From the NCBI GenBank assembly GCA_009914755.4, contig CP068257.2, positions 37,376,001 through 37,440,000 of the forward strand: DNA of 64,000 bases, in the 5' to 3' direction. This DNA is from the human T2T-CHM13v2.0 reference genome, Homo sapiens. Positions 12,541 to 26,068 of the stretch are shown piece after piece. The translations under genes were made by a program, and so were the position numbers. Under the pieces are notes generated by a model. The model was not told where the DNA came from. It saw nothing but the letters and a program-made list of their open reading frames with translations, and searched no databases. Position 1 is the first letter of the stretch, and each line of letters starts with the position of its first letter.

Positions 12541-13721
12541 CTTTGTGACCTTTTGCAACTTCCTTTCTTTGCAAAACAAAAAAAGGTGTCCATCCTTCAA
12601 GCAGCCAGTTAGGTGGTTGATAAATATCCGAGTTCTAAGAAAGAGGATTACCAAGGGAAGAGATAACTTCTGCACCTCCTCACAAGAGTACAGTGTGCAT
12701 GGGATCCTAATTTCTGAACCTGGGTCTTCCATTTCTAAGTCATTCTAATGGCAGATATTATGAAAATATTCTCACTCCCCCACATTGCTCAGAATCTTCT
12801 TGTCATCAGATAATGTCTCATAGAGGAAGGAGTCATTTTCTGGGAGCTCTAACCACAAAAAACATCTGGAGCCTTCTTAGAATCCAGGGTTAAAGGTCAG
12901 GGTGACTGGAACATTTGGGATGGTCACATCGTTCCTCTCCTAGCTTTACGTCAGGGAAACGTGGTACCACAGTGTGATTCGGTACCACAGTGTGATTCAG
13001 GGCTGCGTGTGACATCAACCTGCATGCTCTGGGGGCACGAGTGTGCCCTCATTAAAAACAAGCCCTCAAGAGATGAGAACCAATCTTTGGAGACACCAGC
13101 ATTAAATGCCAGGAGCTTGGCCGTTGGCTGTAGGAATTTCCCAAACAGCAACATCTGTTACTAAGGAAACGACAATATCACTGCAATCCTCTAGCAGCTA
13201 CTGTTTTACAGCACGGACCAGAGAGACAATAGTCTTGCACCTGCTCACTCACTCTGTCCTCCCAGCAGCCTTGCCAGGGATATGTGTATGACATCCTCAG
13301 CACACCCTCGGATGTGATATTGTGTGAATCAGCCCATTCCTCAGATGAGGAGACTGAGGCAGCTGGGAAGTGTATCCTGTTTGGGTCACATAGTGAGGGG
13401 CAGAGCTGTGACGACGAAGGTCTCCCACTCCAGCCCCCTCCGTAGAGCCCTGTCCACGGCATTCAGGCCAACTCTCACACCCGCTGAGTGGCTGTTTCTC
13501 AGAGTGTTTACATCGGTTTCCTCAGCTCTGCAGACCCGGCCTCCTCTACTTCCTCCCTTGCCTTTCTCTCTCCAGCACACGCTCACAAAGAGGAAAAAGG
13601 CCACCGCAGTAAGCCAAGCTGTCTGTCCAGCATGGACCATGGGCCGACACCACGCCAGGCCTCCTCTTGAACCTATTCCCTACAGAGGCCTTGCCAGCAG
13701 CCACAGAGCCTTGAGCAGGAA

Positions 13722-13795
13722 GCGGGCGGGGGGGGGGGGGAGGCGGGGGGCGCGGGGGGGCAGGGGGAGTGGCAGGAGGGTGGGGGAGTGCCGAG
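13722..13795 (+). repeat. G-tract block, G-quadruplex-prone
   Basis: gcgggcgggggggggggggaggcggggggcgcgggggggcagggggagtggcaggagggtgggggag is seen directly. It explains the Gly/Arg-rich + ORF at 13324-13923. Confidence 0.85.
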
Positions 13796-14409
13796 GCTGG
13801 GCCATCACCCTGCCAGATGCTGGAAGGCGCTTGCTTTTATGCTTTCAGAGGCAGGTCCCTGGAAGAAGGTCTCCCCAGCTGTATGCATTTCCTAGGGCTG
13901 CTATAAAAATGACCACAAACTAGGTGTTAATTCTTTTGTTCTTGAAACAACAGAAATTTATCCTTTCATAGTTCTGGAGGGCAGAAGTCTGGCAACAAGG
14001 CAGTGGCAGGGCCACGCTCCCCTGAAGGCTCAGGGAGGAACCTTCCCTGCCTGTCCCAGCCACCATCCTCGGCATTCTTTGGCCGTGGCTGCACCGCCCT
14101 CATCTCTGCCTCTAGCTTCACGCGGCCTTCTCCCTGTGTCTCTCTCCCCTTCCTAGAAGGAGAGCAGGCATTGGATTTGGGGCCACTCTAATTCACTATG
14201 ACCTCATCTTGACTTAACATCTGCAAAGACCCTGCTTCTAAATAAAGCCACATTCTGAGGTTCTGGTTAGACATGAATTTGCGGGGGACATTACTCAATC
14301 CACTTAGCAATGTCGTGTACTCACCTCCTCTGCCAGGCCTCTCTGGCAAACAAGCAGGAGTCTACCTGTCACCTTCCAACTCAGGAAGGTGGGGCTTGGG
14401 TCCCAGCTT

Positions 14410-14631
14410 CCCGCTTCCTGCCCCCATCCCTCAGCTTTTTCTTTTAGTGCAAGCGTCTAGTCCTTCTGTTGATACCGACGCAAATAGCCAAGACCCTTCC
14501 ATTCGTGTAAGACCCCATCTTCTTCCACCGCTAAAGAACTCTTGGCTTAGTAGAACATAAATGACTTAAATTGTTTTTGGTGTATTTACATGAGGCCCGG
14601 CACTCTAAAATTTCCAAAGGATATGGATTAG
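14410..14631 (+). repeat. Copy B of the ~222-bp dispersed direct repeat (partner at 12318-12540)
   Basis: tcccgcttcctgcccccatccctcagctttttcttttagtgcaagcgtctagtcc...cactctaaaatttccaaaggatatgga. It retains 6 CpGs that are TpG/CpA in copy A. Confidence 0.85.
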
Positions 14632-16242
14632 TGGATGGGATGGGGGGATGAAAGGACATCAAGTTTGACTCCATCCATACTTGGGGAACAACTGCAAAGT
14701 TTCCTGGGGGTCTATGTAGGCTGGAAAAGACATGGTCCCAAAGTTACACAGCCTTCATTTCTCAGAGATTCAGTCTTGCACAGAATGTCAGGCAACCAGT
14801 TTTCCAACTTCAGGTTTCTAAGTCGATTTCTTCTCAAGTTCTATGCATCTGTCTATTGGAAAGTCCTGCAGCTGGGGTCGGACGTCCCGGCTGAGCTTCA
14901 GGACTTTATCACATTGGGTGAGCCCATGGGTCCTCAGTCAGAGATTCCACGGTAACATATAGAGAGATGAGGGTAGAAACGTAGCTCACTGTGGCAACCC
15001 CATGACCACCAATGGGGACCGCCACAGTGAGAGTGCTTCCCAAGCTCCACGAGCCACCCAACCCTTCCTGGTCAGATCGGATCACCCCAAGTGACTGTTG
15101 AGATGCACTCAGTGGGTCAGAAAGGCAAGTGGGTGAGAGCAGATCACAGCCCTCCAAGAGCAACGTTCTCTAGGAAGGAATGATCCAGAGAACAGAGTGG
15201 GTGTCAGATGACTTGGGAGAGACACTGTTCCGTGTAGTTGAGGAGATTCAAGATTTAAACTTGAAGAGCTGAGTCAAGTATGAAATGGGGCTTCTGTTTT
15301 TCCACTGGGTTTATTCAAACAGTAGGTCCCCTGCTTCTTCCAGCCCTTTCTGTGGTCGAAAGACATCATCGGTCATGTACTTTCTGTTTCCTCTGTCCTG
15401 CTGGCCCCCAGGTTCCAGGGAATCCTTCTGCCCTCCAGCAAGATGACACCTGATGAAAAAAAAAGAATATCGAGTCAGTTCAAGCTGTGTGCATCTCCAC
15501 AGCACAGCTAGCTGCCCCAGGGGACTGCTCAACTCACTTTGTACTTGAAACATTTCTTTTTTTAACCTAATCTAAATTTAGGAGCTAGCCAACAGAATAG
15601 AATAACAGGAAAACTCACGCCAAAGCCCTGGCACCTCCCACCCTGTCCCACCCAGCTTCCAGCTTCCTCTTTCCTCAGCCAAGAACCCTGACAGCCTGAC
15701 CCTGCTGGCAGAAGGTCCTGTATTTCCCAGCAGCTGATGGCGAAGATTCAGAGCCTCACACTGGAGCCCACCCTGCAGAGCTCCTTCCAGCTAAGGAACA
15801 GGGGCCAGAGAGCTGTGCACAGCCCACGGCCCCTCACAGAGGGGGATCCCAGGCAGAAAAGGACTCAAAATCCAAATCTGGCCATTCACAATCCCCTCCC
15901 TGCATTTACTTCCTCATTACCCTTACAAGTATAGAGAGAACAGAATCGTTTCTGTTTTAGCATAATGTTTGTTAGACAGGTTGTACTCCACGGGTGTGAA
16001 TTTTCTAGAAAAATGTTTCCATTTTATATTTCCATTCAGTTGACAATATAAATTTTAAAAATTAGTCTACTTTCATAAATTCACAGTTGAAAGACAGTTT
16101 TGTAGAATAAGACTAACACAGTATTTTACAAATGAGAAGAGAACCCATTGTTTTTTCCCCCTTTAAGTGGGATCTAAGCATTACTCAAATTTGGAAGAGA
16201 GAAAAAAAGCAGCGTTAGAATAGAATCGATAATCCAGTGGTC

Positions 16243-16385
16243 CTCAAGGTGTGCTCTTGGGGCCAGCAGCATCAGCATCACCTGGGAGCTTGTTAGAAAT
16301 GCAAACTCCTGGGCCTCACCCAGATCTTCTGAATCAGAACTCTGAAATCCGTGTTTTAACACGCCCTGCAGGGAATTCCGACACA
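16243..16385 (+). mobile_element. MER5A-like hAT-Charlie non-autonomous DNA transposon fragment
   Basis: ccagtggtcctcaaggtgtgctcttggggccagcagcatcagcatcacctgggagcttgttagaaatgcaaactcctgggcctcacccagatcttctgaatcagaactctg matches the MER5A consensus as I recall it. Confidence 0.6.
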
Positions 16386-16759
16386 ACCTAAACCTGAGAA
16401 ACGCTGTTGCAATCTAATGAATATTCAAATTGTTATGCTAGAACCTGGAATTCTAGCATCTCTTAGCACATATTTTTAATTGAACCTAGGGCGTTTCTAC
16501 ACATATTTTCACCTGTCACCTATTTCCCTTTGGAATGGGTCCCTTTGACCTATTATATGATGCCTCAGATCCCAAGAGAGATTTCAGCACAACTCCTGGA
16601 GTTGCTGTATGATGGAGTAACTACAATTCACAGGGTTTGCATCATTCGCTGAGCAGGTACCAGACACCAGGCGCTGCACAAATTCATTTAATCCTCCCAA
16701 CAACCAATGGGATTTAAAATAACAAACTAAAAAAAAAAAACCAACAACAAAAAACACTC

Positions 16760-16885
16760 TATTAACTTCATTTCACAGATGAGAAAACTGAGGCCCAGAG
16801 AAGTTAAGCATCTTGCCCAAGGTCACACAGCTGATTGGGACAGAGTTAGAGCTGGAGCTCACGTTGCCTGGTCCCCATACTCACA
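16760..16885 (-). mobile_element. MIR SINE fragment
   Basis: tttcacagatgagaaaactgaggcccagagaagttaagcatcttgcccaaggtcacacagctg is the reverse complement of the MIR core. A second short MIR-like piece lies at ~16975-17040. Confidence 0.6.
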
Positions 16886-19800
16886 AGATGTTGACCCTGC
16901 AGGAAAGAAAAATTATCTGGGATGCTTTCTAGAACAGGATAGACATCTAAACCTCTAGGGACTTCAGAGGCAATGAAGTCCACTCCTCTATTTCACAGAT
17001 GAACATACTAAGGCCCAGGGGTCTTACAGGGCAATGGTACAGGGTCCCCCAGCTGGCTGCAGCAGAACCAGGACAACCCTGAGGTCTACCATACTGTACT
17101 CTTCACTTAGAAAAGCCACAGTCCCTGGGTGGCAGATGGAGAGGACAGGGCTTAGGTCACGCGTCCACAAGCACTTGGCCCACTTCAAACGCTTTCACGG
17201 TTCCCAAAATGCAAGAACTAGAGGCCTGACCTCATGTGAACAAAGCATTTTTGAATTCTAATTAATAATGAGCCACATAATTATCTTCTTTGGAGGAGCA
17301 TATTTAACAGGAATAACTCCAGCGCTAATAAATCAGTTTTTTCTAAGGAAGTCACGACTTTTCCCACCTTGTCACCTCAGAGAGGATTTCTGCTCTAAGC
17401 TGTTTGAGCCTGTTCCTGGTTTCTATGAGGCAGAGAAGCCAGACTGTGCTGGTGGAAACCTTTTTTTCTTTTTCTTCCTCCGCCACCCTGTTGCTTGTTT
17501 TCAGGTGCTCTTGGCCCCCCGACCCTGCTCCCGTCTGTGTGTCTTCTGCTTTTACAAAGGGCGAGTTTCCACTGTTTCTTCTGCAATGCTCAAACATGAT
17601 TGGCGTCCACCCCTCTCCCTGTGTCCGGAACTGGTGTTTGAGCCGTAACCATTTCCACAGCCTTGACTATTTTTCCCTAACAAAATACACCTTTGAATAA
17701 ATGGCCTTATTGTGCTACCACCTTGGCCTCTTGAATGACAGTTTCTCCTCATGTGATTACCGTGTAGCTTTCACTGGAGATTTGTTTTTCCCAAAACAGC
17801 CTCTGGGATAAAAGCCCTCTGGCCCTGCTGTGGGGTCACTGGTAGCAACATGCCTGCCTCGTGCCCACTTCCACACAAGGCATGGGGCCATCAGCCATCA
17901 TCCCAGCCCTCCAAGAGGCCTTGTAAATTCCCTGGGAAGACAAGTCATATGCTGAATTCAGGAATATAATGCATCATTCAGTAACTTCAGTAATCCCCAT
18001 CCTGGGGGAGCCACAGAACGGGGGTGAGAAATCACAGAATTACGACAAGGTGTCTGGGAACTCAGGTGTCCAACAAGCATTGTCTGAAATCTGAACAAAT
18101 CTGATTGACTGTTTTGCAATAAATATGTAGGTGCTATTAAGGCTAGCAAAACCCCAATTGCCTTAAAAGGGTCAATAATTTATTTATAACACCTATTTGA
18201 CAATAGTTATTTTCTCAACCAACAAATACCAACCTATCCCATGAGTCTTCAAGATGTGTTGACATTACAAAGGACCCTCATTCCAAAACACTGGGAACCC
18301 CTGATCCAAGCAGTCTGTGTCCTGGGAGGTGAAGATATGGGGGTCACCTCAGCAGGGCCTGGGGAAAGGCTCTTTGAGGGGAGGGGCTTCTCACCTGCTT
18401 TTGTACAGGCAGTGGGGTGGCAGTGGGACTTAGGTAAGTGGGCAGTGAGTGGGCAGGGCCCACATTCCCCAAAGGGAAGAGACTGCGGAGGTGTGGGGGA
18501 AGAAACAGTCTGCCCTCAGCTTTTGTTGTGTCCTCCCTGCACTTTCTTACTAGCAGCTGGAGGTCAGAAAAGGGTGTTTGTTCAGGGCTGCTTGAGTGGG
18601 TAACGAGCTGAACCTCTCTGAACATGGCTTCCTCTTCACAGCCTCCAGCACCCATGACCTGGCTCACTCCCCTCCTGGCCAGCCAAGACCGGTCAGTTGG
18701 AAATAACAGCCCCCAGAGCCAAGGCTGACGCTGGCCCAAGGCACTGGCTGTGTGTTCTGCCCCAGCCCTGTCGGGCCAGCGCCTCCAGTAAGGAAAAGAG
18801 ACTTGCTCCGTGGAGCTTCCAATGTGTTTTGGGGTGGGAGGTAGGGATTTGGAGAGGAAGTTGGATCACCTAAAATGCTGACAAACAGACGTACCTTTGC
18901 ACAAACAATGCCAACATGCTGGCAGGATTAAAGTCATTCTTGTTGCTGTGAAACCATTTTGATTATATAAATAAAATAGTGCATCCCCATTGCTGACCTC
19001 CAAGATAAGGAAAGCTTGCCCCACATCCATAAAATAAGAATATTCTTTTGAACTAGCCACACCTAGAGGCTGGCTGTCAGGGCTCCTGAGGGGCCCTACT
19101 GGAATCACAAGCCATCCTAGCCGGCTTCTGTGCCCTCATTCCTGATGCAGCCTCTTCCTGGGGGGATAATTGAGAAAACCCAACGCGGATCAGGCCCTGG
19201 TCTCCATTGGCTCCCTGACCTCGCAGCCAGGGCTACTATCCTGAGTCTTAAGGCTCAGTGGCACCAGTAGCTTTACCTCCAACAGCCAGACCCCGCTCCC
19301 AGTTTCAATCCTTGCTCCTCCCCATGGCTTCCAGGATGGACCCAAGCTCCGGAGAGATGTGCGAAGCCCTCCCAGCTCTGGCCTGCTGGCCTCCCAGGCC
19401 ACGACCACACACACACCCTCTCTCCTGCCACCCCCAGGCCTCCCTCCAGCTCCCCTAGCCAGGCTTCCCTAGCTGGTGTCCCAGGAGCCCGGCCACTTCA
19501 TCTGTGCCGCTGCTGTTGCACAAGTTCCTGCCCCCCGTGCTCCTGGTGGACACACCCTCAGCCTTTGCATTCCATGTTCATCTACCCCTTGGTCACTCCA
19601 CAACTCTTTGTGGCCCTGCCCTGGGGTGGGTGCTGGGGGGTATTGAAGAAGACAGAGGCTCTGGGGTCTCATGAGGCTTATGATCTATTCTACTAGAGAG
19701 AAGCTGAACAGTTATGCATGTTGCTATTTAGTGACAACTGGTATCAGCGCTACCTCGGAAAAGAAGGCTGAATGCAGGAAGAGGATGCCAGGCTGGGGCA

Positions 19801-21317
19801 CTGAGGAAGAGGTGGCGTGTGGCCCGCGGGAAGGCATGAGGGGCTGTCCTTCTGGAACAGGAAGTAGAACATTCTGAAGGGCATGTCACACGTTCTTCAA
19901 GCTCACTCTGCCAGCCACTGGAGAATGGACGTAATGGAGCCAAGGATGGCACCAGGAAGTCACGGGGGCAGTGTTTGCTGCTGTCCAGGTAGGAGATGGT
20001 GATGGGTGCCCTGTCCCGGGGGGAAGTTGTGGAGGCTGATCCAAGTGCACAGAACAACTCTGAGCTGTAGGAGAGGAAGGGGGCATATCCTTCAGAATTC
20101 TCCAGGAAACTTAACCTAGAAGACATAGACAGATAGAGATGTATTACAACGAATTGGCTTGCGTGATTATGGAGGCAGAGAAGTTCCAAGATCTGTGGTC
20201 AGCAAGCTGGACACCCAGGAGAGCTGAGGGTACAGTTCCCATCTGAGTTCAAAGGCCTGAGAACCAGGAGAGCCCAGAGTGTAGGTTCCAGTCCAAAAGC
20301 TGCAGGCTCAAGACCCAGGAAAAGCTGGTGTTTCAGTCCTAGTCCAAAGGCAGGAAAAAGCCCATGAGCTAGCTCGAAGGCCGGCAGGCAGGAGGAATTC
20401 TCTCTTACCTGGGGGAGGGCCAGCCGTGTTCTACTCAGCTCGGGACCCTCAGCTGATCTCATGAGGCCCCCCGACACTGGGGAGGACAATCTACTTTGCG
20501 CACTCATCACCTTAAGTGATAAACTCATCCAAAAACAGCCTCACAGAAATGCCCGGAATCAGGTTAGGCCAAGTATCTGGGCACCCCATGCCCCAGTCAA
20601 GTTGCCACATAGAATTATTCATGGCAGGGAGTTATGCAGGTTCTGAGAAGCAGTGTGGGGAGGTGGGTGCAGGATGTGCAGACACACACACAGGTGTGGA
20701 GCTCAGACAAGAAGAACGAGCAGGGGTACAGCCAGGGCAGTACAGGCATATGGAGGTTATTGGGGCCCCGGGAGGCCGTGGAGGCCCTAAAGGAAACAGG
20801 CTGGAGTTCAAGGCACATCCAGGACAGAGCCCTGAGGACCCCCAAAGACCCCACTGCTGGAAGTTTGAGCAGATCGGAAGATGCTGGAGGTAAAAGCACC
20901 TGGGAAGGGGCTGGCATGGGACTGGCCCAGGTGGGTCAGAGGGACCCTGTGCAGTGGGGCTCTGCACCCAGTGCACCTACCACTGACCCCTCATGCACCT
21001 GCCCATTCACCCAACAGTACAATTCGAGGAGCGAGTGAGAAAATCCTCATCTCCAGCTACCTGTCACCCTACCCCTAGCTTCCCTAGTCTCATTTAAGGA
21101 AAAGCAAACCAATTTCCTTTATAGAATGTGCCTGTAAGGCAACGTGACACACAGCTTACAGCAGCCACCAGCAGACTTCACTCATGCCATAAGTGGCGCC
21201 CTCTGCCACACTCTTGTCCTCAGAAGCCCTGAGCTCACCGCACAGGGCACCTCAAGATGGGAGGGGAGCGCCTGTTCCACCGACAAAGTTAGATGAGTAA
21301 GACACCTACTGCAACCT

Positions 21318-21945
21318 CACCCCTCACACACACACTCACGCACACACACTCACATTCATGCTCACACGCTCACACTCACGCTAACACTCACACTCATGCT
21401 CACACTCACACACTCACACTCATGCTCACACTCACGCCTGCACTCACTCATACACACTCTCACTCACTCTGGTGTCCACACTCTCGGGCTGATGTTCACC
21501 AACATACACATATGCATTCACATGCACACACACACACATACATGAACACCTGCACATATACTTGCACTCACATATGCTCACATACACTCACACATACACA
21601 ATCACACTCACTTTCCCAATACACACATACACATTCTCATTCATTCATGTACCACATGCACACACACACATGCACACTCAAATGCTCACATTCACACACA
21701 CCACATGCACACTCTCACACACATTCACACACACATGCACACACACACCACATGCACTCTCAAATTCTCACACACATTCACACGCACATCACATGCACAC
21801 ACACATGCACAATCTCAAACGCTCACACACATTCACACACCCCACATGCACTCTCTCAAACTCTCACATTCACACACACATCACATGCACACACACATGC
21901 TCACATTCACACACCCCACATGCACACACTCCTCACACATCCCCA
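21318..21945. repeat. Degenerate CA-rich complex simple repeat (CACACTCA / CACACATG units), ~630 bp
   Basis: Seen directly: cacacacactcacgcacacacactcacattcatgctcacacgctcacactcacgc... continuing to ...cacacaccccacatgcacacactcctcacac. It produces the 248-aa His/Thr-rich ORF at 21293-22039. Confidence 0.9.
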
Positions 21946-22244
21946 TGTTTCCGGCCACACCTGCCATTCCATACCCATTCCCTGTGGCCTGAGAGCCTGT
22001 CTGCAGGAGAAGGGGCCTACCCCAGTGCACAGGGAGTGAGGGAGGCTCAGAAGGCCAAGCCATCAGCAGACCATTTAGGGGACCCTTCCAAAGCAGCGGC
22101 TCATCATAGAAGTGGCAGTGAAACGCGGAATAAATGGAGTGAGGAGGTGAGGCAGACAGTAAAGGAAGACACGTTTCATAGGAGGCTCTGCTGCCTCAGG
22201 GAAACACAGCAGAAGGCAGGACCAGGGTGCAGCCTGTATTAGTC

Positions 22245-22911
<667 letters not shown>

Positions 22912-24282
22912 AGCCCTCCACTGTCAGGTGCCTGGCACTGTACAGACGTGGGAATCCAGGCAGGATTCTCTGCCTGAACCTCTCTCATGAAGACGAGGGA
23001 ACACACAGCAGGCAAATCCCAGGGACAAGCCAGGTCGTGACTTTGTGCCCCTAGTGAAAGAAGGAGCCGATCATTTCATTCATTGTGAGGTGGTCTATGT
23101 GCAAACAACATGTGAGCACCATGATTGGCAGTGCTTTAAGACTTCTATAAATTAATATTCAAAATTGAAAATAATAATCAGATTAGATTATTTTGGATTT
23201 GGACTTTTTGAATTCATTTCTCTAGCATTTTCATTTCACATATTTTTTAAACTTTTAATATTGAGAGAAGTATGAGCCAATTATCTTTTTCAGGCAATCA
23301 CAGTATTGGTGTCGTGTCTCAGCAGGCTGGGGGTTGGGGCCCTGGATTCAAAGCATCCATCTGAACATATTGTCACCCGTGCATCCTGAGAGAGACAGCT
23401 TCATGGAGTGGAGGTGTGTGGCCTGGAGGCCCCACGTAGGCCACCAGGCATGTTTTCCACGAAAACCGAAACTTCTGACGGGATTACTAACATTGGGAGA
23501 TTTCCGTTTCTTGGACGCCAGTGGAGGGGCTGCACCAGCCTTAAAAGAAATCATGTGAGCCTCCACGAATCAGCAAACAAAGGAGAAATTAAGGTTCTGC
23601 CCACTTTTGTGGTTTTTGCTTTTCTGGAAAGTTTACGTTGTGCATCCTTAAGTCATTACGTAACACTGTATTAATAAGCAGTTGACTCAGAACTCCAGAG
23701 GGCTTCTGAGCTGGTGAAGTCCATTCATGTTACTAAGTCTATTCTTCCTCCCAGAATAAAATCTTCCATCTTCTCTGAGTTAGGCCTTCCTCATCAGAAC
23801 CATTTCTTTTCTCATTCAGCTCTCTGAGGTTTTCTACTTATCATCCAACTGTAGTATCCACTGATAAATTACACGGATTCACAATCCAGCCACTTACTTT
23901 GTTTCCTCCTAACATTTGGAATAAGCTACTTCCTGCACCAGAGCCTCTGTCTGTCATGCCTTTACCGGATCTTATTTTGGGGGGCTGACCAGTTGCCTAA
24001 ACCCACATGCACCCTCTCACCTGGGTTCTCAAGAACTTCTATTTTGGACATCCACCAAAAAAAAAAAAAAAAATCTTGTTAAGTAAGATGAACACTTACC
24101 TGATGGCAGAAGCCTGTTGTGCTCATCAAAACTTTGAGATAACCAGGGTTCCTGGAATCTAAATCTTCCTATATAAAATAGCAGAGTAGCTGATCAAATA
24201 AGAGTCAGACAAGTAAGGGTCAACTTTGGAGTCAATAAATGGGGCTGGACCCAGTCATTCACCTACATTCAAACAGCAAATA

Positions 24283-24657
<375 letters not shown>

Positions 24658-25100
24658 TTAAAATTTCATGTACCTAAAAAGTGAATTGATCACAAGAGAT
24701 TGTATCCAAGGAAAGCCCCTCTCCCAGGAATGTTAAGGGGAGAAATAAATTTGAGCGTAGAGCTGCGGGCTCCTGGGGAAGGAAGTGCTCAGTAAGTATA
24801 GCACAAGGCAGCATGACACTAATATGAGGCTGAGGTGACTCTGTAACCACTGGCTGACTACAGTATCAACATCCATACAAAGACAGTAGCAGATTAAAGG
24901 AGGACACACATGGCCTGCCCTCAAGCTCATTCACAGCCCACCAAATCAACTCTTTGTTCAGCTTCTTGACTTTTCACAGTCTGCTGGCTTCAAGATGTTT
25001 TCCCTGGCCTTCTTCTAATGCCTCTTCCCTAATCCCAGGTAAAATTACTGAGGGGGGTTACTCATTCGATATATATGTAAGTTATTTGAGAAAGTTTATT

Positions 25101-25390
25101 AAGGCACAGTGGCTCACGCCTGTAATCCCAGCACTTTGGGAGGCCAAGGTGGGTGAATCACAAGGTCAGGAGTTCAAGACCAGCCTGGCCAAGATGGTGA
25201 AACACCGTCTCTACTAAAAATACAAAAATTAGCAGGGCATGGTGGTGAGCGCCTGTAATTCCAGCTACTTGGGAGGCTGAGCAGAGAATTTCTTCAACCT
25301 GGGAGGTGGAGGTTGCAGCGAGCCAAGATCGTGCCACTGCACTCCAGCCTGGGTGACTGAGCGAGACTCCATCTCAAAAAAAAAAAAAAA
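25101..25390 (+). mobile_element. Alu SINE (few bp 5'-truncated)
   Basis: aaggcacagtggctcacgcctgtaatcccagcactttgggaggccaaggtgggtgaatcacaaggtcaggagttcaagaccagcctggcc...gactccatctcaaaaaaaaaaaaaaa. Confidence 0.9.
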
Positions 25391-25604
25391 TGCTATCCAC
25401 AAAGTTGGATAAGTACAGAAACATTGTCCCAGGAAATGAAGCCAGTGATTAGGGCAGGGGTTGGCAAGTGTTTTCTGTAAGAACCACATAGTAAATATTT
25501 TCGGCTTTTACTGGCCCATTTGGTCTTTGTTGCAACTGCTCAACTCTGCCATCAAAATGCAGGCAACAGCCGTGGATAATATGTAGTGAATGGGCATGAG
25601 CATT

Positions 25605-26068
25605 GTCTTAGTTAATTTTCTGTTGCTTAAAACAGAATGCCTAAAACTGGGTCATTTATAAAGAAAAGGAATTTATTTCTTACAGTTATGGAGGCTGAGA
25701 AGTCTCAGGTCAAGAGGCCACATCTGGTGAAGATCCTCTTGCTAGCCAGGACTCTCTACAGAGTCCTGTGGTGGTTGGTGCAGGGCAACCTGTGGTGAGA
25801 GGACTCAAGTCTCACTTCCTCTTGCTACAAAGCCGCCAGTTTCCCTGCCACTGTCTCCCTTCCTCTTCTTACAAAACTGCCAGTTTCCTTGCGATGATAA
25901 ACCACCAATCCATTAATGCATTAATCCATTAATCCATGAATAGATTAATCCATTCATGAGGGCAGAGTTCCCATGCCCCAATCACTTCTTAAAGGCCCTA
26001 TCTCTTAATATAGTGACGTTAGAGACTAAGTTTCAACATGAGTTTTGGAGAGGACATTCAAACCATAG
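25605..26068 (+). mobile_element. Ancient interspersed repeat related to the 4066-4431 and 32470-33046 family
   Basis: ctaaaactgggtcatttataaagaaaaggaatttatttcttacagttatggaggctgagaagtctcaggtcaagag...cccaatcacttcttaaaggccctatctcttaatatagtgacgttagagactaagtttcaacatgagttttggagaggacattcaaaccatag has the same architecture as the old-L1 3' family. Assignment is tentative. Confidence 0.4.

Noticed and set aside
12963-12998. Exact 18-bp tandem duplication ggtaccacagtgtgattc x2
   Set aside because: This is a small slippage duplication of unique sequence. It is real but trivial, with no structural or functional implication I can support.
12233-14560. Two ORFs with similar peptides (…PIPQLFLLEQASSPSLDTNANSRDPSIHVRPHLLPLLKNS vs …PIPQLFLLVQASSPSVDTDANSQDPSIRVRPHLLPPLKNS) that could be read as paralogous small genes
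   Set aside because: The similarity is fully explained by the 222-bp DNA duplication. The ORFs have different, unrelated N-termini set by non-homologous flanks and no coding signature.
21293-22039. The 248-aa ORF (His/Thr/Ser-rich), longest in the track, and the overlapping ORFs at 21562-22242 and 21705-21992
   Set aside because: These are pure translations of the degenerate CA-rich simple repeat. They have no start context or compositional signal of coding sequence, and the organism is a primate, so unspliced ORFs are not gene models.
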